Positions 39,150-49,558 of a stretch of DNA of 64,000 nucleotides are shown in pieces. The DNA comes from an uncultured Bdellovibrionales bacterium. Its GTDB lineage: Bacteria > Bdellovibrionota > Bdellovibrionia > Bdellovibrionales > UBA1609. Positions within the stretch are counted from its first letter, which is position 1. Each line of letters opens with the position of its first letter. Location of the stretch: the NCBI GenBank assembly GCA_938002015.1, contig CALLAU010000003.1, forward strand, positions 4,084 through 68,083, written 5' to 3'. The position numbers and the translations under genes are program-made. The notes under the pieces are model-generated. The model saw nothing but the letters and a program-made list of their open reading frames with translations. It searched no databases and had not been told where the DNA came from.

Positions 39150-41408
39150 TTGAGAAATTTAAAAACATTAACATTATTACTATTCATTCTAACAAATTGT
39201 TCTAAAAGCAATAATAATTTTTTTCAAAAGCTTCCACTTAAAAGATTAAGTGAGTCACCCAGTCTTCGTGGTAGCTTACCAAGAAATGTTAAGATTTCAC
39301 CCAATGGAAAATTAGTGAGTTTTTTAAAAGCTAAAAAAAATGATTTTCTTACTCAAGACTTATGGGTTTATGATCTAAATGGTGAAAAGCCCAGATTACT
39401 AGTAGATTCTGCAGTCTTAACTCAAGGGGCAACAGAAAAAATGTCTGAAGAAGAAGCCGCAAGGAGAGAAAGAAAGCGCATCTCATCTAGTGGAATTGTT
39501 GAATATTTCTGGTCAGAACAAAGTGATCAAATTCTTTTTCCAATAAATGGCGATCTTTACCTTTATGGAATTGACTCAAAGAACCCCGTTACTCGCCTGA
39601 CAAAAACCAATGATTATGAAATAGACCCAAGGTTTTCACCAAAAGGAAACTTTGTAAGCTTTATACGAAACTACAATGTATTTATAATTAACCTTAAAAC
39701 AGGAATTGAATCACAAGTTACATTTTCAGGTACAAAAGAAAAGCCAATGGGAGCAGCAGAGTTCATAGCTCAAGAAGAGATGAGAAGATATAGAGGGTAT
39801 TTTTGGTCTCCAAATGAGAAATTTTTAGCAATAACAAAAGTGGACAATACTCAAGTAAAAGAAACCGAAAGATTTGAAATATATACAGATCAAGTTAAGC
39901 TAATTAAACAAAGATACCCTTATGCAGGAACACATAACGCAACAGTTGATCTACTCATCTTTAAGACTTCATCTGCCGGTGCAAAACAATCACCTGATAT
40001 AGTTCCAACGATTGATAAAAAAGATTTTTATATTCCACAGATAAAATGGTTACCTGACACAAAAAAATCTCAGCTCTCCTATACTTTGCAAAAAAGAAAT
40101 CAAAAACAGTTAGATTTTATGATCTATGATGTAAAATCCTTAAAAAGCAGAAAACTTTTTACAGAAAATGATTCTGCATGGGTGAATATTAGACATGACT
40201 ACAAGTTCTTAAAGAAAGAGGAAGCCTTACTTTGGGTTAGTGAAAAGTCTGGATCAAGTCACATTTACTACTACGATTTAAAAACAGGAAAAGACAGACC
40301 ATTAACAAGTGGTAATTGGAATGTGCGCAGCCTTTTAGCTACTGATGAAAATAAAAAGAAAGTCTACTATACTTCAACTAAAGACTCTGTTTTAGAAAAC
40401 CATCTCTACAGCGCATCTTTGGATGAGAAAAATCAAATTAAAAAAATCAGCTCAAAAGTAGGTTACCATAACTTTGTTGTTGCAGATAACCCAAATTTTT
40501 ATTTAGACTATTTCTCTAAGGAACTTAAACCAACAGCATTATCCTTTTATAATATAGATGGCGCTTTTAAGTTTTATGTTGAAGAAAATAAGCTTAATGC
40601 TGACCACCCTGCTTATAAGTACTCAATGGGTTTTTCTAAGTGGGAGTTTCATGAGCTTAAACAAAAAAATAAGCCTTCTTTGTTTTATAAAATACTCAAA
40701 CCTAAAAACTTTAATCCAGCAAAGAAATATCCTCTTATTCAGTATGTATACGGCGGCCCAGGCGTTCAACTAGTTGCTAAATATGGCGGGACTAATTACT
40801 TTCATCAAATCCTTACACAAAATGACTTTATTGTACTTGTAGCTGATAATAGAGGTACGCCAAATAGAGGTCGAGATTTTGAACGAACTTTTTATAAAAA
40901 TTTTGGTAAAATTGAAGTCGAAGATCAATCTCTGGTAGTCAAACACCTGCTCAAAAAACATAGTTTCATTGATTCAAATAATATAGGGGTTTATGGACAT
41001 AGCTATGGTGGCTACTTAAGTTTAATGCTTTTAATGCAAAAACCTGACATTTATAAAGTAGCAATAGCAGGTGCTCCTGTAGTGGATTGGTCACTGTATG
41101 ACACTCATTACACTGAAAGATACATCGGAACTCCTGCGGAAAATCCGGAAGCTTATAAATACGCTAATGTTTTAAGTCATATCGACAAGTTAGAAGGGAA
41201 TTTATTAATAGCACACGGCATGGCTGACGATAATGTTTTGTATAAAAATAGCCTTCTACTTTATAGTAAATTACAAGATGAGGCCAAGCTTTTTGATGTC
41301 ATGCCCTACCCAGGAGCAAAGCATGGTATAAATAGAAAGAAGAGCTGGAGGCATCATTATAAAAAAACAATTCTAAATTACTTTCAAATGCATTTAAAAT
41401 CTAAATAA
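39150..41408 (+). CDS. S9B dipeptidyl peptidase IV-family lipoprotein
   Basis: AQEEM, YGGPG, GHSYGG, DDNV, H triad; lipobox LTNC. Confidence 0.94.
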   Translation: MRNLKTLTLLLFILTNCSKSNNNFFQKLPLKRLSESPSLRGSLPRNVKISPNGKLVSFLKAKKNDFLTQDLWVYDLNGEKPRLLVDSAVLTQGATEKMSEEEAARRERKRISSSGIVEYFWSEQSDQILFPINGDLYLYGIDSKNPVTRLTKTNDYEIDPRFSPKGNFVSFIRNYNVFIINLKTGIESQVTFSGTKEKPMGAAEFIAQEEMRRYRGYFWSPNEKFLAITKVDNTQVKETERFEIYTDQVKLIKQRYPYAGTHNATVDLLIFKTSSAGAKQSPDIVPTIDKKDFYIPQIKWLPDTKKSQLSYTLQKRNQKQLDFMIYDVKSLKSRKLFTENDSAWVNIRHDYKFLKKEEALLWVSEKSGSSHIYYYDLKTGKDRPLTSGNWNVRSLLATDENKKKVYYTSTKDSVLENHLYSASLDEKNQIKKISSKVGYHNFVVADNPNFYLDYFSKELKPTALSFYNIDGAFKFYVEENKLNADHPAYKYSMGFSKWEFHELKQKNKPSLFYKILKPKNFNPAKKYPLIQYVYGGPGVQLVAKYGGTNYFHQILTQNDFIVLVADNRGTPNRGRDFERTFYKNFGKIEVEDQSLVVKHLLKKHSFIDSNNIGVYGHSYGGYLSLMLLMQKPDIYKVAIAGAPVVDWSLYDTHYTERYIGTPAENPEAYKYANVLSHIDKLEGNLLIAHGMADDNVLYKNSLLLYSKLQDEAKLFDVMPYPGAKHGINRKKSWRHHYKKTILNYFQMHLKSK

Positions 41409-41611
41409 CTTCCATTAGACATTTTAGAAGAATACGGCTCTTTATATTTATATTAAATTTACAATTAAGATATTGGTCATAGTGAATGTAAAAAATATTT
41501 TAACTATTCATATTTTATTTTCTTATTTTACAAAAAAGCTAAAAATAAATTCGTTGTTTCCGATTAATTACTACAGAATAAAATAGCAACTATAAACAAA
41601 GGTGCCGATAT

Positions 41612-42019
41612 ATGATAAACTACAAGCTCAATAAGAAATCAATATTAGTTGTTGATGATGAATATGGAATCAGAGATATTTTAGGTTTTTACTTTAAAGA
41701 CGAAGGATGGGAAGTAACAACAGCTTCTGATGGAAATGAAGCTTATAAATTTATCAGTGAATCTGCTTTTGATATTGTCTTATCAGATATTCAAATGCCT
41801 GGTTGTGATGGAGTAGAATTGCTTCAAAAAATCAAATCGGAAACTCCGTTAGCATCAGTCATACTTATGACAGGTTTTTCTGATTATGATCAAGCTGAGC
41901 TTATTGATATGGGAGCTGAAAAAGTTTTTAAAAAACCCTTTTCTTTAGAGCAACTTACTGAAGAAATTTTTAAGGTTTATAAAGACAAAGTACATTTACT
42001 TCAAAAAGATGCAGCTTAA
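41612..42019 (+). CDS. Single-domain response regulator
   Basis: VVDDE, SDIQMP, MTG, KPF. Confidence 0.92.
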   Translation: MINYKLNKKSILVVDDEYGIRDILGFYFKDEGWEVTTASDGNEAYKFISESAFDIVLSDIQMPGCDGVELLQKIKSETPLASVILMTGFSDYDQAELIDMGAEKVFKKPFSLEQLTEEIFKVYKDKVHLLQKDAA

Positions 42020-42074
42020 TGTTTTTCACCAAAGTAAATAACTCGTGTTAGTATAGTTTCGCAGGCTTTAAAGT

Positions 42075-44147
42075 ATGAAAGCAAAAGAACATTTAGCAAA
42101 ACGTATTCTTCGCTCTATATCAGTTAGAGTAACTGTAATTGTATTTATTAGTTCAATTTTTAGCTACATTCATTTTTATTCAACAATAAAAAAAGGCTCA
42201 ATTCAAACTCTGGATAAATATGTAAATGAAAGAACTCAGCTAGAAAGCTTTTTATTTACTCAAGCAGAGGAAAACCACATCTACTTAAAATCCCTTATTA
42301 CAAATTTTCTTGAATCAAATAAAAACATTCAAGAAAACTCTTTGGCATTTAATAATTTCTTTGAACAAAAAGAAGACAAAACTTATAGAAATAAAATAGG
42401 TTTTGATGGAACTAAAATGGCTGGGGTCTTTATTCCACCAGAGTACCCTCTAGACAAGACTCGCAAGGGTCTTGTCGTATATTTAAAAAAACTGGCAGAA
42501 GCAACTGGGCCAATTTTTAGAAGTAATTTCCAAGACACTTATTTTACAACACCAGACAATATTATGGTGATCTACTGGCCTGAGGTTCCCAACTGGACGC
42601 TTGAGATGGCCTCAGATTTTCAAATGACCGACGAGGAATATGTTTGGATTGCTGATAAGCTTCATAACCCTCAACGAAAAATGGTTTGGACAGGGCTATT
42701 TTACGATAAAGTTGGTAAAACATGGATGACCTCTGCTGAAACACCTGTATATAAAAATGATAAGCATGTTTTGACAATTGGCCATGATGTCATGCTTAGT
42801 GAACTATTAGATAGAGCTCAAAACGAAAGTCTGCCAGGAGCTTATAATATAATATTTAGAGAAGATGGGCGCCTTATTGTACATCCTCAAAAAATCGAAG
42901 AGCTCAAAAAAAGTGGTGGATATTTTGATATTAATAAAAGTGGCGATGAGGATCTTAAGAATATTAAGGCTGCTATTTTAAATGCTCCAAAAGGTCAGAA
43001 AGTCATTGAATCTGAATCTGGTAATGAATTACTCGCATTTGGCAAGATAAAGGGGCCTGGCTGGTACTTTGTTACTGTATATCCAAAAGCTCTTATTACT
43101 TCAACAGCTTTAAAGAGTATCATATTCGTTATTATACTAGCTTTCTTATCTTTGGTTTTAGAAGTTATTTTACTTTGGTTTGTTATAAAGAATGAAATTA
43201 GTGACCCTATTAAAAGTTTATTAAACGCAGCCGAAAGAATGAAAGGCGGAGAGTTTAACACGGTTGTTGAGGTGAACAGAGAAGATGAACTCGGCTCCTT
43301 TGCCACAACATTTAATTCAATGGCAAAAGCCATTCTAGAAAGAGACCAAGAGATTCACACTTATGCTGAATCTCTAGAAAAGAAAGTACTTGAGCGAACT
43401 AAAGAGCTTGATCGTCAAAAGTGTCTTGCTATTGAATCAGCAAAGATGGCCTCATTAGGAGAAATGGCAGGTGGTATCGCCCATGAAATCAATAACCCTC
43501 TTACAATCCTTTCTGGCTCTATCGCACTTATTGATAAATCCGTTAAGAATAATTCCTTAAGTGAAGACAAGATCAGTATGATCTCTAATACAATAAACTC
43601 TACAATTCAAAGGATTGAGAGCATCATAAGTGGCTTAAGAACATTTGCTCGATCAGGAGAGCAAGATAATTTCCAAGAAGAGTCTGCTAATCAAATCGTC
43701 TTAGAAACCCTAGCTCTTTGTAGGCATAAATTAAAGATGTTAAACATAGATTTGCAATTTGATTATAGAGAGGAAAAAGATGTACTCTTTGAGTGCCAGC
43801 GAGTTCAAATATCTCAAGTTCTATTGAATTTAGTTTCTAATGCTGCAGACTCAATTAAAGAAAATTCAAATAAAAAGTGGGTTAAAATTAGCCTTCTTGA
43901 CCAAGAAGATAAGTTTCAATTAAGAGTTGAAGATTCTGGAGCAGGAATCCCACTTAAAGTACAAGAAAAAATGTTTCAGCCTTTTTTTACTACTAAAGAT
44001 TTTGGCTCTGGCACTGGCTTAGGTTTAAGTATCTCTTCAGGTATAATGAAGCATCATTCAGGACAACTCTTTGTTGACAACGATTTAAAGCACACTTGCA
44101 TTGTTATGGAGTTTTCTAAAAATGTAAACTTAAAACAAGTAAGTTAA
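42075..44147 (+). CDS. Cache/HAMP sensor histidine kinase (NtrB-like kinase core)
   Basis: AHEINNPL, QVLLNLVSNA, DSGAG, FFTTK, GTGLGL. Confidence 0.94.
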   Translation: MKAKEHLAKRILRSISVRVTVIVFISSIFSYIHFYSTIKKGSIQTLDKYVNERTQLESFLFTQAEENHIYLKSLITNFLESNKNIQENSLAFNNFFEQKEDKTYRNKIGFDGTKMAGVFIPPEYPLDKTRKGLVVYLKKLAEATGPIFRSNFQDTYFTTPDNIMVIYWPEVPNWTLEMASDFQMTDEEYVWIADKLHNPQRKMVWTGLFYDKVGKTWMTSAETPVYKNDKHVLTIGHDVMLSELLDRAQNESLPGAYNIIFREDGRLIVHPQKIEELKKSGGYFDINKSGDEDLKNIKAAILNAPKGQKVIESESGNELLAFGKIKGPGWYFVTVYPKALITSTALKSIIFVIILAFLSLVLEVILLWFVIKNEISDPIKSLLNAAERMKGGEFNTVVEVNREDELGSFATTFNSMAKAILERDQEIHTYAESLEKKVLERTKELDRQKCLAIESAKMASLGEMAGGIAHEINNPLTILSGSIALIDKSVKNNSLSEDKISMISNTINSTIQRIESIISGLRTFARSGEQDNFQEESANQIVLETLALCRHKLKMLNIDLQFDYREEKDVLFECQRVQISQVLLNLVSNAADSIKENSNKKWVKISLLDQEDKFQLRVEDSGAGIPLKVQEKMFQPFFTTKDFGSGTGLGLSISSGIMKHHSGQLFVDNDLKHTCIVMEFSKNVNLKQVS

Positions 44148-44929
44148 GATTTTTGCACTTCCTGCATTGCTTTTATCTGTTTCATTAAAATAGTTTTCGG
44201 AGAAAAAGGTATCGCCTTAAGCATTAACTTCTGCATAAACGAAACTCCAGAAATAACATCTAACTTACCTGACAGCATGGCATTATATCCATCTTCTGCA
44301 ACATCTCTAGCTGGAAATGAGTTTTTAAAAAGACCTGCATCTTCCATATTAGCAGTTTTTGCAAAACCTGTTTCTGTTGCTCCAGGCATTAAATTTGTAA
44401 CACTAATATTAGTACCCTTAAGCTCTTCATTGACTGCATTACTAAATGACGTCACATAAGCTTTTGTTGCAAAGTAGACAGCCTGAAGTGGACCAGGCAT
44501 CAAACTTGCTGTTGAAGAAACATTTAAAATCTTTCCTTCATTATTTTTAGTAAAGTCATCCAGAAACAATCTTGTAAGAGCAGTTAAGGAGACTATGTTA
44601 AGCTGTATCATGGCCAAGTCTACAGCTAGTTCTCTTTCATGAAAGTTCCCAACACCACCAAATCCAGCATTATTTATTAAATAATCAACTTTTAGTCCTA
44701 GATCTCTAACTGTTTTATAAACTTCTTCTGGAGCCTCTGAAAGGCTAAGGTCCTTTTTAATAATATGAACAGAATTAGAATATCTCTCTTCAATATCTTT
44801 TTTAATAACTTTTAACTTATCATAACTGCGAGCTACTAAAATAAGATCTCCCTTATTCTCAGCATGGATATAGGCAAGCTCTTTTCCAATGCCGCTAGAA
44901 GCTCCTGTTATAAGTGCAATTTTATTCAT
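44144..44929 (-). CDS. SDR oxidoreductase
   Basis: TGASSGIG, NNAG, YFATK. Confidence 0.93.
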   Translation of the reverse strand: MNKIALITGASSGIGKELAYIHAENKGDLILVARSYDKLKVIKKDIEERYSNSVHIIKKDLSLSEAPEEVYKTVRDLGLKVDYLINNAGFGGVGNFHERELAVDLAMIQLNIVSLTALTRLFLDDFTKNNEGKILNVSSTASLMPGPLQAVYFATKAYVTSFSNAVNEELKGTNISVTNLMPGATETGFAKTANMEDAGLFKNSFPARDVAEDGYNAMLSGKLDVISGVSFMQKLMLKAIPFSPKTILMKQIKAMQEVQKS

Positions 44930-44952
44930 GGCTAACTTCCTTCATAAGGTTT

Positions 44953-45453
44953 TTAATTAAGAAATTTCTTACTTTTATAAACAGCAAATGGAGACACCCC
45001 CGCTGAAAATCTTTTAATAACTCCTTTTGAATTAACATAAGCTATACTCGGAGTCACCATAACATTAAAATCACTAAATGACTTATTAGAAACTAATAAT
45101 TTAAACGGGTACTGTTTTTCTTTTTGAAAGCTTTTAACTAATTTATATGGTTCATTTAAAGTTATGGCAAAAATTCTGCCACCATCAAGCTCCCCTTCTT
45201 CAACTGCAGACTTAAATAAATCCATTTGAATATGGCATGGAGTGCACCAAGTTGCCCAAAATAAGTAAATAGCTGCTTTATTTTTTAGTGGCACTTTAAA
45301 AGGTTGCCCATCAAGATTGACGGTATTTACTTCCGGAAAAACTTTATTCTCTTGATCAAAAGAGTTCTTCCAAGTGGGCACCATTTTAAAAAGTACAGCA
45401 CAAAAAGATATAAAAAATATGATATTCCATATGTGCTTTTTTAAAAAATACAC
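44953..45453 (-). CDS. TlpA-family thiol-disulfide oxidoreductase
   Basis: N-terminal TM, FWATWCTPC. Confidence 0.9.
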   Translation of the reverse strand: MYFLKKHIWNIIFFISFCAVLFKMVPTWKNSFDQENKVFPEVNTVNLDGQPFKVPLKNKAAIYLFWATWCTPCHIQMDLFKSAVEEGELDGGRIFAITLNEPYKLVKSFQKEKQYPFKLLVSNKSFSDFNVMVTPSIAYVNSKGVIKRFSAGVSPFAVYKSKKFLN

Positions 45454-45468
45454 CCCTTTCTCCTTACG

Positions 45469-45903
45469 CTATATCTCTAGCTTATCTTTAATAGCTTTAT
45501 TCATTGAGTTTAGCATAGGGGGAACCCCCTTATCCATTTGAGAGCACATCATTTTAAACATTATACCTTTAAAAAGCTCTTTATGTATAAGCTTTGTTCT
45601 ATTTACCCCTACTTCTTCTAATTCTATTACCTTATCATTTGTAAATATAAAACCAGCTAACATTTTCGCTCTCCACCGAAACTTACTGTGATCTTCTAAA
45701 TCGGTAATAATTGGAGAATAAGCCGGTCCATTTTTACCGTCTTTACCAACCATTATTAGACTGATTTTTTCACCTTTTTCTAATTTTCCAGATGCTGACT
45801 TAATAATGGGATTCCACTCTTGCCACTTCTCAATATCTATAAGTAAATTCCAGATTTGATCTTTTGATGCATTAATCTCAATTTCAGTACTTATCTCATA
45901 CAT
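45469..45903 (-). CDS. SRPBCC-domain protein
   Basis: TEIEINA...W..L.D...W.EWNP, H.E.F.G, MN.A.K. Confidence 0.87.
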   Translation of the reverse strand: MYEISTEIEINASKDQIWNLLIDIEKWQEWNPIIKSASGKLEKGEKISLIMVGKDGKNGPAYSPIITDLEDHSKFRWRAKMLAGFIFTNDKVIELEEVGVNRTKLIHKELFKGIMFKMMCSQMDKGVPPMLNSMNKAIKDKLEI

Positions 45904-46068
45904 TTTATCACTCCATACTTATAGTTGAAAAGTTTAAGACTATTTCTTCTACTCTTTTAAGGCAATCTTACTAAGACCTATCATTAAAAGTTTAAGTCTA
46001 TAGAATTTGATTAACTAACTAAAGTTTAGTTAAATATATTTGTAATTCAGTTTTTAGGAGTAAGAAAT

Positions 46069-46491
46069 ATGGAAAAAACTAAAGCTTCAACTGGCTCATG
46101 CCTTTGTAAGAAAATTAAAGTAAGTGTAACTCAACTCAATACTGACTTAGGAGTCTGCCACTGCTCAATGTGTAGAAAATGGAGTGCAGGCCCCTTTTTA
46201 GGTGTAGACTGCGGTAGTGATGTTACTATAGAAGGCAAAGAGCACTTGGGTGTTTTTAACTCTTCAGATTGGGCCGAAAGAGCATTTTGTAAAAATTGTG
46301 GCACAAACATGTTCTATCGCTTAAAAGACAGTCAGCAGCATATTTTTTCTTCAGAAGTTTTTAATGAGACAGAATTAAATTTTGATCATCAAATTTTTGT
46401 TGAGGAAAAGCCCAGCTATTATGACTTCTCTAATGAAACAAAAAAAATGACAGGAGCTGAAGTCTTTGCCGCTTACGCACCAAAAGAATAG
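46069..46491 (+). CDS. GFA/CENP-V family Zn protein
   Basis: GSCLC, CHCSMCRK, ERAFCKNCG. Confidence 0.92.
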   Translation: MEKTKASTGSCLCKKIKVSVTQLNTDLGVCHCSMCRKWSAGPFLGVDCGSDVTIEGKEHLGVFNSSDWAERAFCKNCGTNMFYRLKDSQQHIFSSEVFNETELNFDHQIFVEEKPSYYDFSNETKKMTGAEVFAAYAPKE

Positions 46492-46650
46492 ATAGATCAG
46501 TAAAAAGTTATAAAAAACAGCATAAAAGAGGGTCCTTAGTTCTTATAATGACCATTTATGTCTCTCATTTAGAAACTTTGGTAGTAAGTTTTAAAATTAG
46601 CGAGTAGTCTTAAACCTCTATACCATCTCAACAGAAAGGAAATTCACTCA

Positions 46651-46980
46651 ATGGCAGAAGAAAAAGGTTTAAAAAAACCAGTAAAATTAAAATCAGATCT
46701 TGCAAATATGTTAGGCGAAACTGAGCTCCCGAGAACAGAAATCACTAAAAAACTTTGGGACTATATTAAAGCTAATAAGCTTCAGACAAAGACTGAAAAC
46801 GGCGCTCCAGAAAACGCTGGCAAGTACATTGTAGCTGATTCTACACTTCTAGCTGTCTTTAAAAATACTAAATCTACTAGTAAATCAGGTAAGTTAACTG
46901 ACCTAACTGGCATGAAAGAAGGCGAAACTATTAATATGATGCAAATGGCTGCTGTTGTAGGCGCAAATATTGAGTCATAA
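46651..46980 (+). CDS. Stand-alone SWIB/MDM2-domain protein
   Basis: KPVKL..DLA..LG...PRTEITKKLWDYIK.NKLQ, I.AD..L..VF, INMMQM. Confidence 0.88.
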   Translation: MAEEKGLKKPVKLKSDLANMLGETELPRTEITKKLWDYIKANKLQTKTENGAPENAGKYIVADSTLLAVFKNTKSTSKSGKLTDLTGMKEGETINMMQMAAVVGANIES

Positions 46981-46991
46981 AAATTAGAAAA

Positions 46992-47020
46992 TAAAAGGAT
47001 TAAGCTTCTTAATCCTTTTA
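46992..47020 (+). terminator. Intrinsic terminator
   Basis: TAAAAGGATTAAG-CTT-CTTAATCCTTTTA perfect stem. Confidence 0.75.
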
Positions 47021-47052
47021 AATATGCACTTTTTGGACTAATAGTTTAAAAG

Positions 47053-48084
47053 GTGAGGTCCTTTTACCAATTAAGCCATACAGATTTAACAGACCTTCTA
47101 AAGAAAGAAGGCTTTAGCACTTCAGCAACCAATAGGCTTTTTAATTGGCATTATAAGAGAAAAGAAATAAGCCCTTGCGATCTAAAGGTCTCAGACAAAA
47201 CTAAAGATTTCTTAAAAAAGCACTTTCATTTTGATCTTCCTAAAATTGATACAGTTATTAAAGCTAAAGATAAAACGGTTAAATTTTTATTTAAGCTGCA
47301 TGATGGTCGTAAAGTAGAAACTGTACTTATACCTTTTCACCAAAAGTACTCCATTTGTGTTTCTTCGCAAGTAGGCTGTGCAATGAAGTGCTCCTTTTGT
47401 TTTACAGGCACTCAAGGGTTAAAACGAAATCTCACAACTTCTGAAATTGTTGGTCAGTATCTTAAGGCCTGGCTTTGGTTAAATGAAAATAGACCTAATG
47501 AAGCAAGAATCTCTAATATTGTTTTTATGGGACAAGGTGAGCCTTTACATAACTTTGACGCAGTAAAAAAAGCTTGTGAAATTTTTCTTTCTCAAAGCGG
47601 ACTCTCTATTGGGGCACAAAAAATTACAATTTCAACTTCAGGTTTTCTACCAGGTCTTAAAAGATGGAGCGAGGAAATGCCCGGAGTAAACCTAGCTCTG
47701 TCACTTCACTCGCCTTTTACTAAAAAAAGAGATGAACTTATTCCAATCAATAAAGCTTTCCCATTAAAAGAGGTTCTTAAGTATATTGACGAAATCCCTT
47801 TAGCTAAGAAACAGTTTGTAACCTATGAGTATCTTTTGATTAAAAATTTTAATGATCAGAGTGAAGACGCCCATACACTTGGTAAAATGCTATGTGGAAA
47901 AAGAGCTTATATAAACCTGATACCTTTTAACCCCTTTCCTGGAAGTACATACAAAAGACCTTCTCAAAATGAAGTAGAAGGCTTTAAAGCCATACTTGAT
48001 ACTTATAAAATACCCACATTAATTAGAACCACTAAAGGTGATGATGTTTTAGCTGCCTGCGGGCAATTAAACACAGCTTTATAA
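47053..48084 (+). CDS. rlmN: RlmN radical-SAM RNA methyltransferase
   Basis: CVSSQVGCAMKCSFC, MGQGEP, SLH, NLIPFN, AACGQL. Confidence 0.92.
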   Translation: MRSFYQLSHTDLTDLLKKEGFSTSATNRLFNWHYKRKEISPCDLKVSDKTKDFLKKHFHFDLPKIDTVIKAKDKTVKFLFKLHDGRKVETVLIPFHQKYSICVSSQVGCAMKCSFCFTGTQGLKRNLTTSEIVGQYLKAWLWLNENRPNEARISNIVFMGQGEPLHNFDAVKKACEIFLSQSGLSIGAQKITISTSGFLPGLKRWSEEMPGVNLALSLHSPFTKKRDELIPINKAFPLKEVLKYIDEIPLAKKQFVTYEYLLIKNFNDQSEDAHTLGKMLCGKRAYINLIPFNPFPGSTYKRPSQNEVEGFKAILDTYKIPTLIRTTKGDDVLAACGQLNTAL

Positions 48085-48149
48085 AATTTTTTCTCATATC
48101 TTTTTTTAAATTTGATTTTTTAGATGAACTCAAGATATCTCTAAATAAC

Positions 48150-49529
48150 ATGAGCTTAAGTCTTCTTCTTATATATTTAGTGAGCCAGTTTGGAATTTGT
48201 ATCTATGTCTCCAAAAAGATTCAAAATCAAGAAGATTTTCTTATCGCCGGCAGATCGCTTGGTACTCCACTTATTTCACTCTCACTTTTTGCAACCTGGT
48301 TTGGAGCTGAAACCTGTATTGGCTCCTCAGCTGAAGTCTTTAAGTCTGGTTTATCAGGAAGCCGCGCTGACCCTTTTGGGTATTGCATCTGCTTAATCTT
48401 AATTGGTTTATTCATAGCTCCAAAGATTTGGAACAAAGAATACCTCACACTGGCAGATCTCTATGCAGCAAAGTTTGGTAAAAACACAGAAAAACTTGCC
48501 GTATGTATTCTCTCACTTTCAGCATTGATTTGGGCGGCAGCTCAACTACGAGCTTTTGGACAAGTAGTTTCTTCAACTACTCATATTCCGGTTGATTTAG
48601 CTATGTTCTTATCTTTTGTCTTTGTAGTTGGTTATGTTATTTATGGCGGATTACTTGGAGATATTATTACTGATGGCATTCAAGCCATAGTTATTTCGCT
48701 TGGCTTAATGACCTTGTTTTACTTTATTTTTAAAAGCACTCCTGATTTTTTGACTCTGTTATCTGAGCAAACCACAGATAGACTCAGCTTTATTTCAAAA
48801 GAAGAAAGTCTCTTTGAACGTATGGACCGCTGGTCTATTCCTATTTTTGGGTCCTTAGTCACTCAGGAACTTATAAGTAGAATTCTAGCATCAAAAAGCT
48901 CGAAAGTCGCTGTACGCTCATCTTATATTGCTGCCCTTATTTATATTTTAATAGGAAGTCTTCCCGTTATACTAGGTCTTATTGGACCTGAAATTATTAG
49001 TATTAAAGATGGGAGCGAGGAACAGTTTATTATCTTACTCTCTAAAAAATACTTACCAGCGGTTTTAATGCCCATTTTCTCAGGAGCTTTAATTTCTGCA
49101 CTCTTAGCAACAATTGACAGTATTTTAATTGCTGTATCAGGGCTTCTTTCACACAACTTTCTTATTCCTAAACTAGGGATTAAAAATGAGAAAGCAAAGG
49201 TTTTAACTAGTAGAGTTGTCGTTATAGCGGCTGCTACAGTAGCATACTTACTTGCTATTTTCTCTGATAGCATCTATTCGCTATTAGAAATTGCTTCAGC
49301 CTACGGAACCTCAGGTATATTAGTGGTTACTCTTTTTGGTTTATGGACGAAGCCTCATAAAGATTCGATCGGGCTAGCCACTCTTATTGTTGGCGTTATA
49401 TGCACACCTTTATACGAGTATGTTTTTAAATTTGAAGCTCCTTTTTTATGCTCTGTAATAACATGTTTGATTTTCTTCCTAGTTCGCTTAATAACAGAAA
49501 ATCACAGGCAAACTTCTCATCCTGTTTGA
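48150..49529 (+). CDS. Sodium:solute symporter
   Basis: DFLIAGRSL, ATWFGAE, TDGIQ, about 13 TMs. Confidence 0.92.
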   Translation: MSLSLLLIYLVSQFGICIYVSKKIQNQEDFLIAGRSLGTPLISLSLFATWFGAETCIGSSAEVFKSGLSGSRADPFGYCICLILIGLFIAPKIWNKEYLTLADLYAAKFGKNTEKLAVCILSLSALIWAAAQLRAFGQVVSSTTHIPVDLAMFLSFVFVVGYVIYGGLLGDIITDGIQAIVISLGLMTLFYFIFKSTPDFLTLLSEQTTDRLSFISKEESLFERMDRWSIPIFGSLVTQELISRILASKSSKVAVRSSYIAALIYILIGSLPVILGLIGPEIISIKDGSEEQFIILLSKKYLPAVLMPIFSGALISALLATIDSILIAVSGLLSHNFLIPKLGIKNEKAKVLTSRVVVIAAATVAYLLAIFSDSIYSLLEIASAYGTSGILVVTLFGLWTKPHKDSIGLATLIVGVICTPLYEYVFKFEAPFLCSVITCLIFFLVRLITENHRQTSHPV

Positions 49530-49558
49530 ACAAATAAATTTTCATAGAAATAAAAAAC

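Noticed and set aside
47053..48084. Cfr-type resistance methyltransferase
   Set aside because: Overall motifs fit housekeeping RlmN; the MGQGEP variant alone is not diagnostic, and the context is not mobile.
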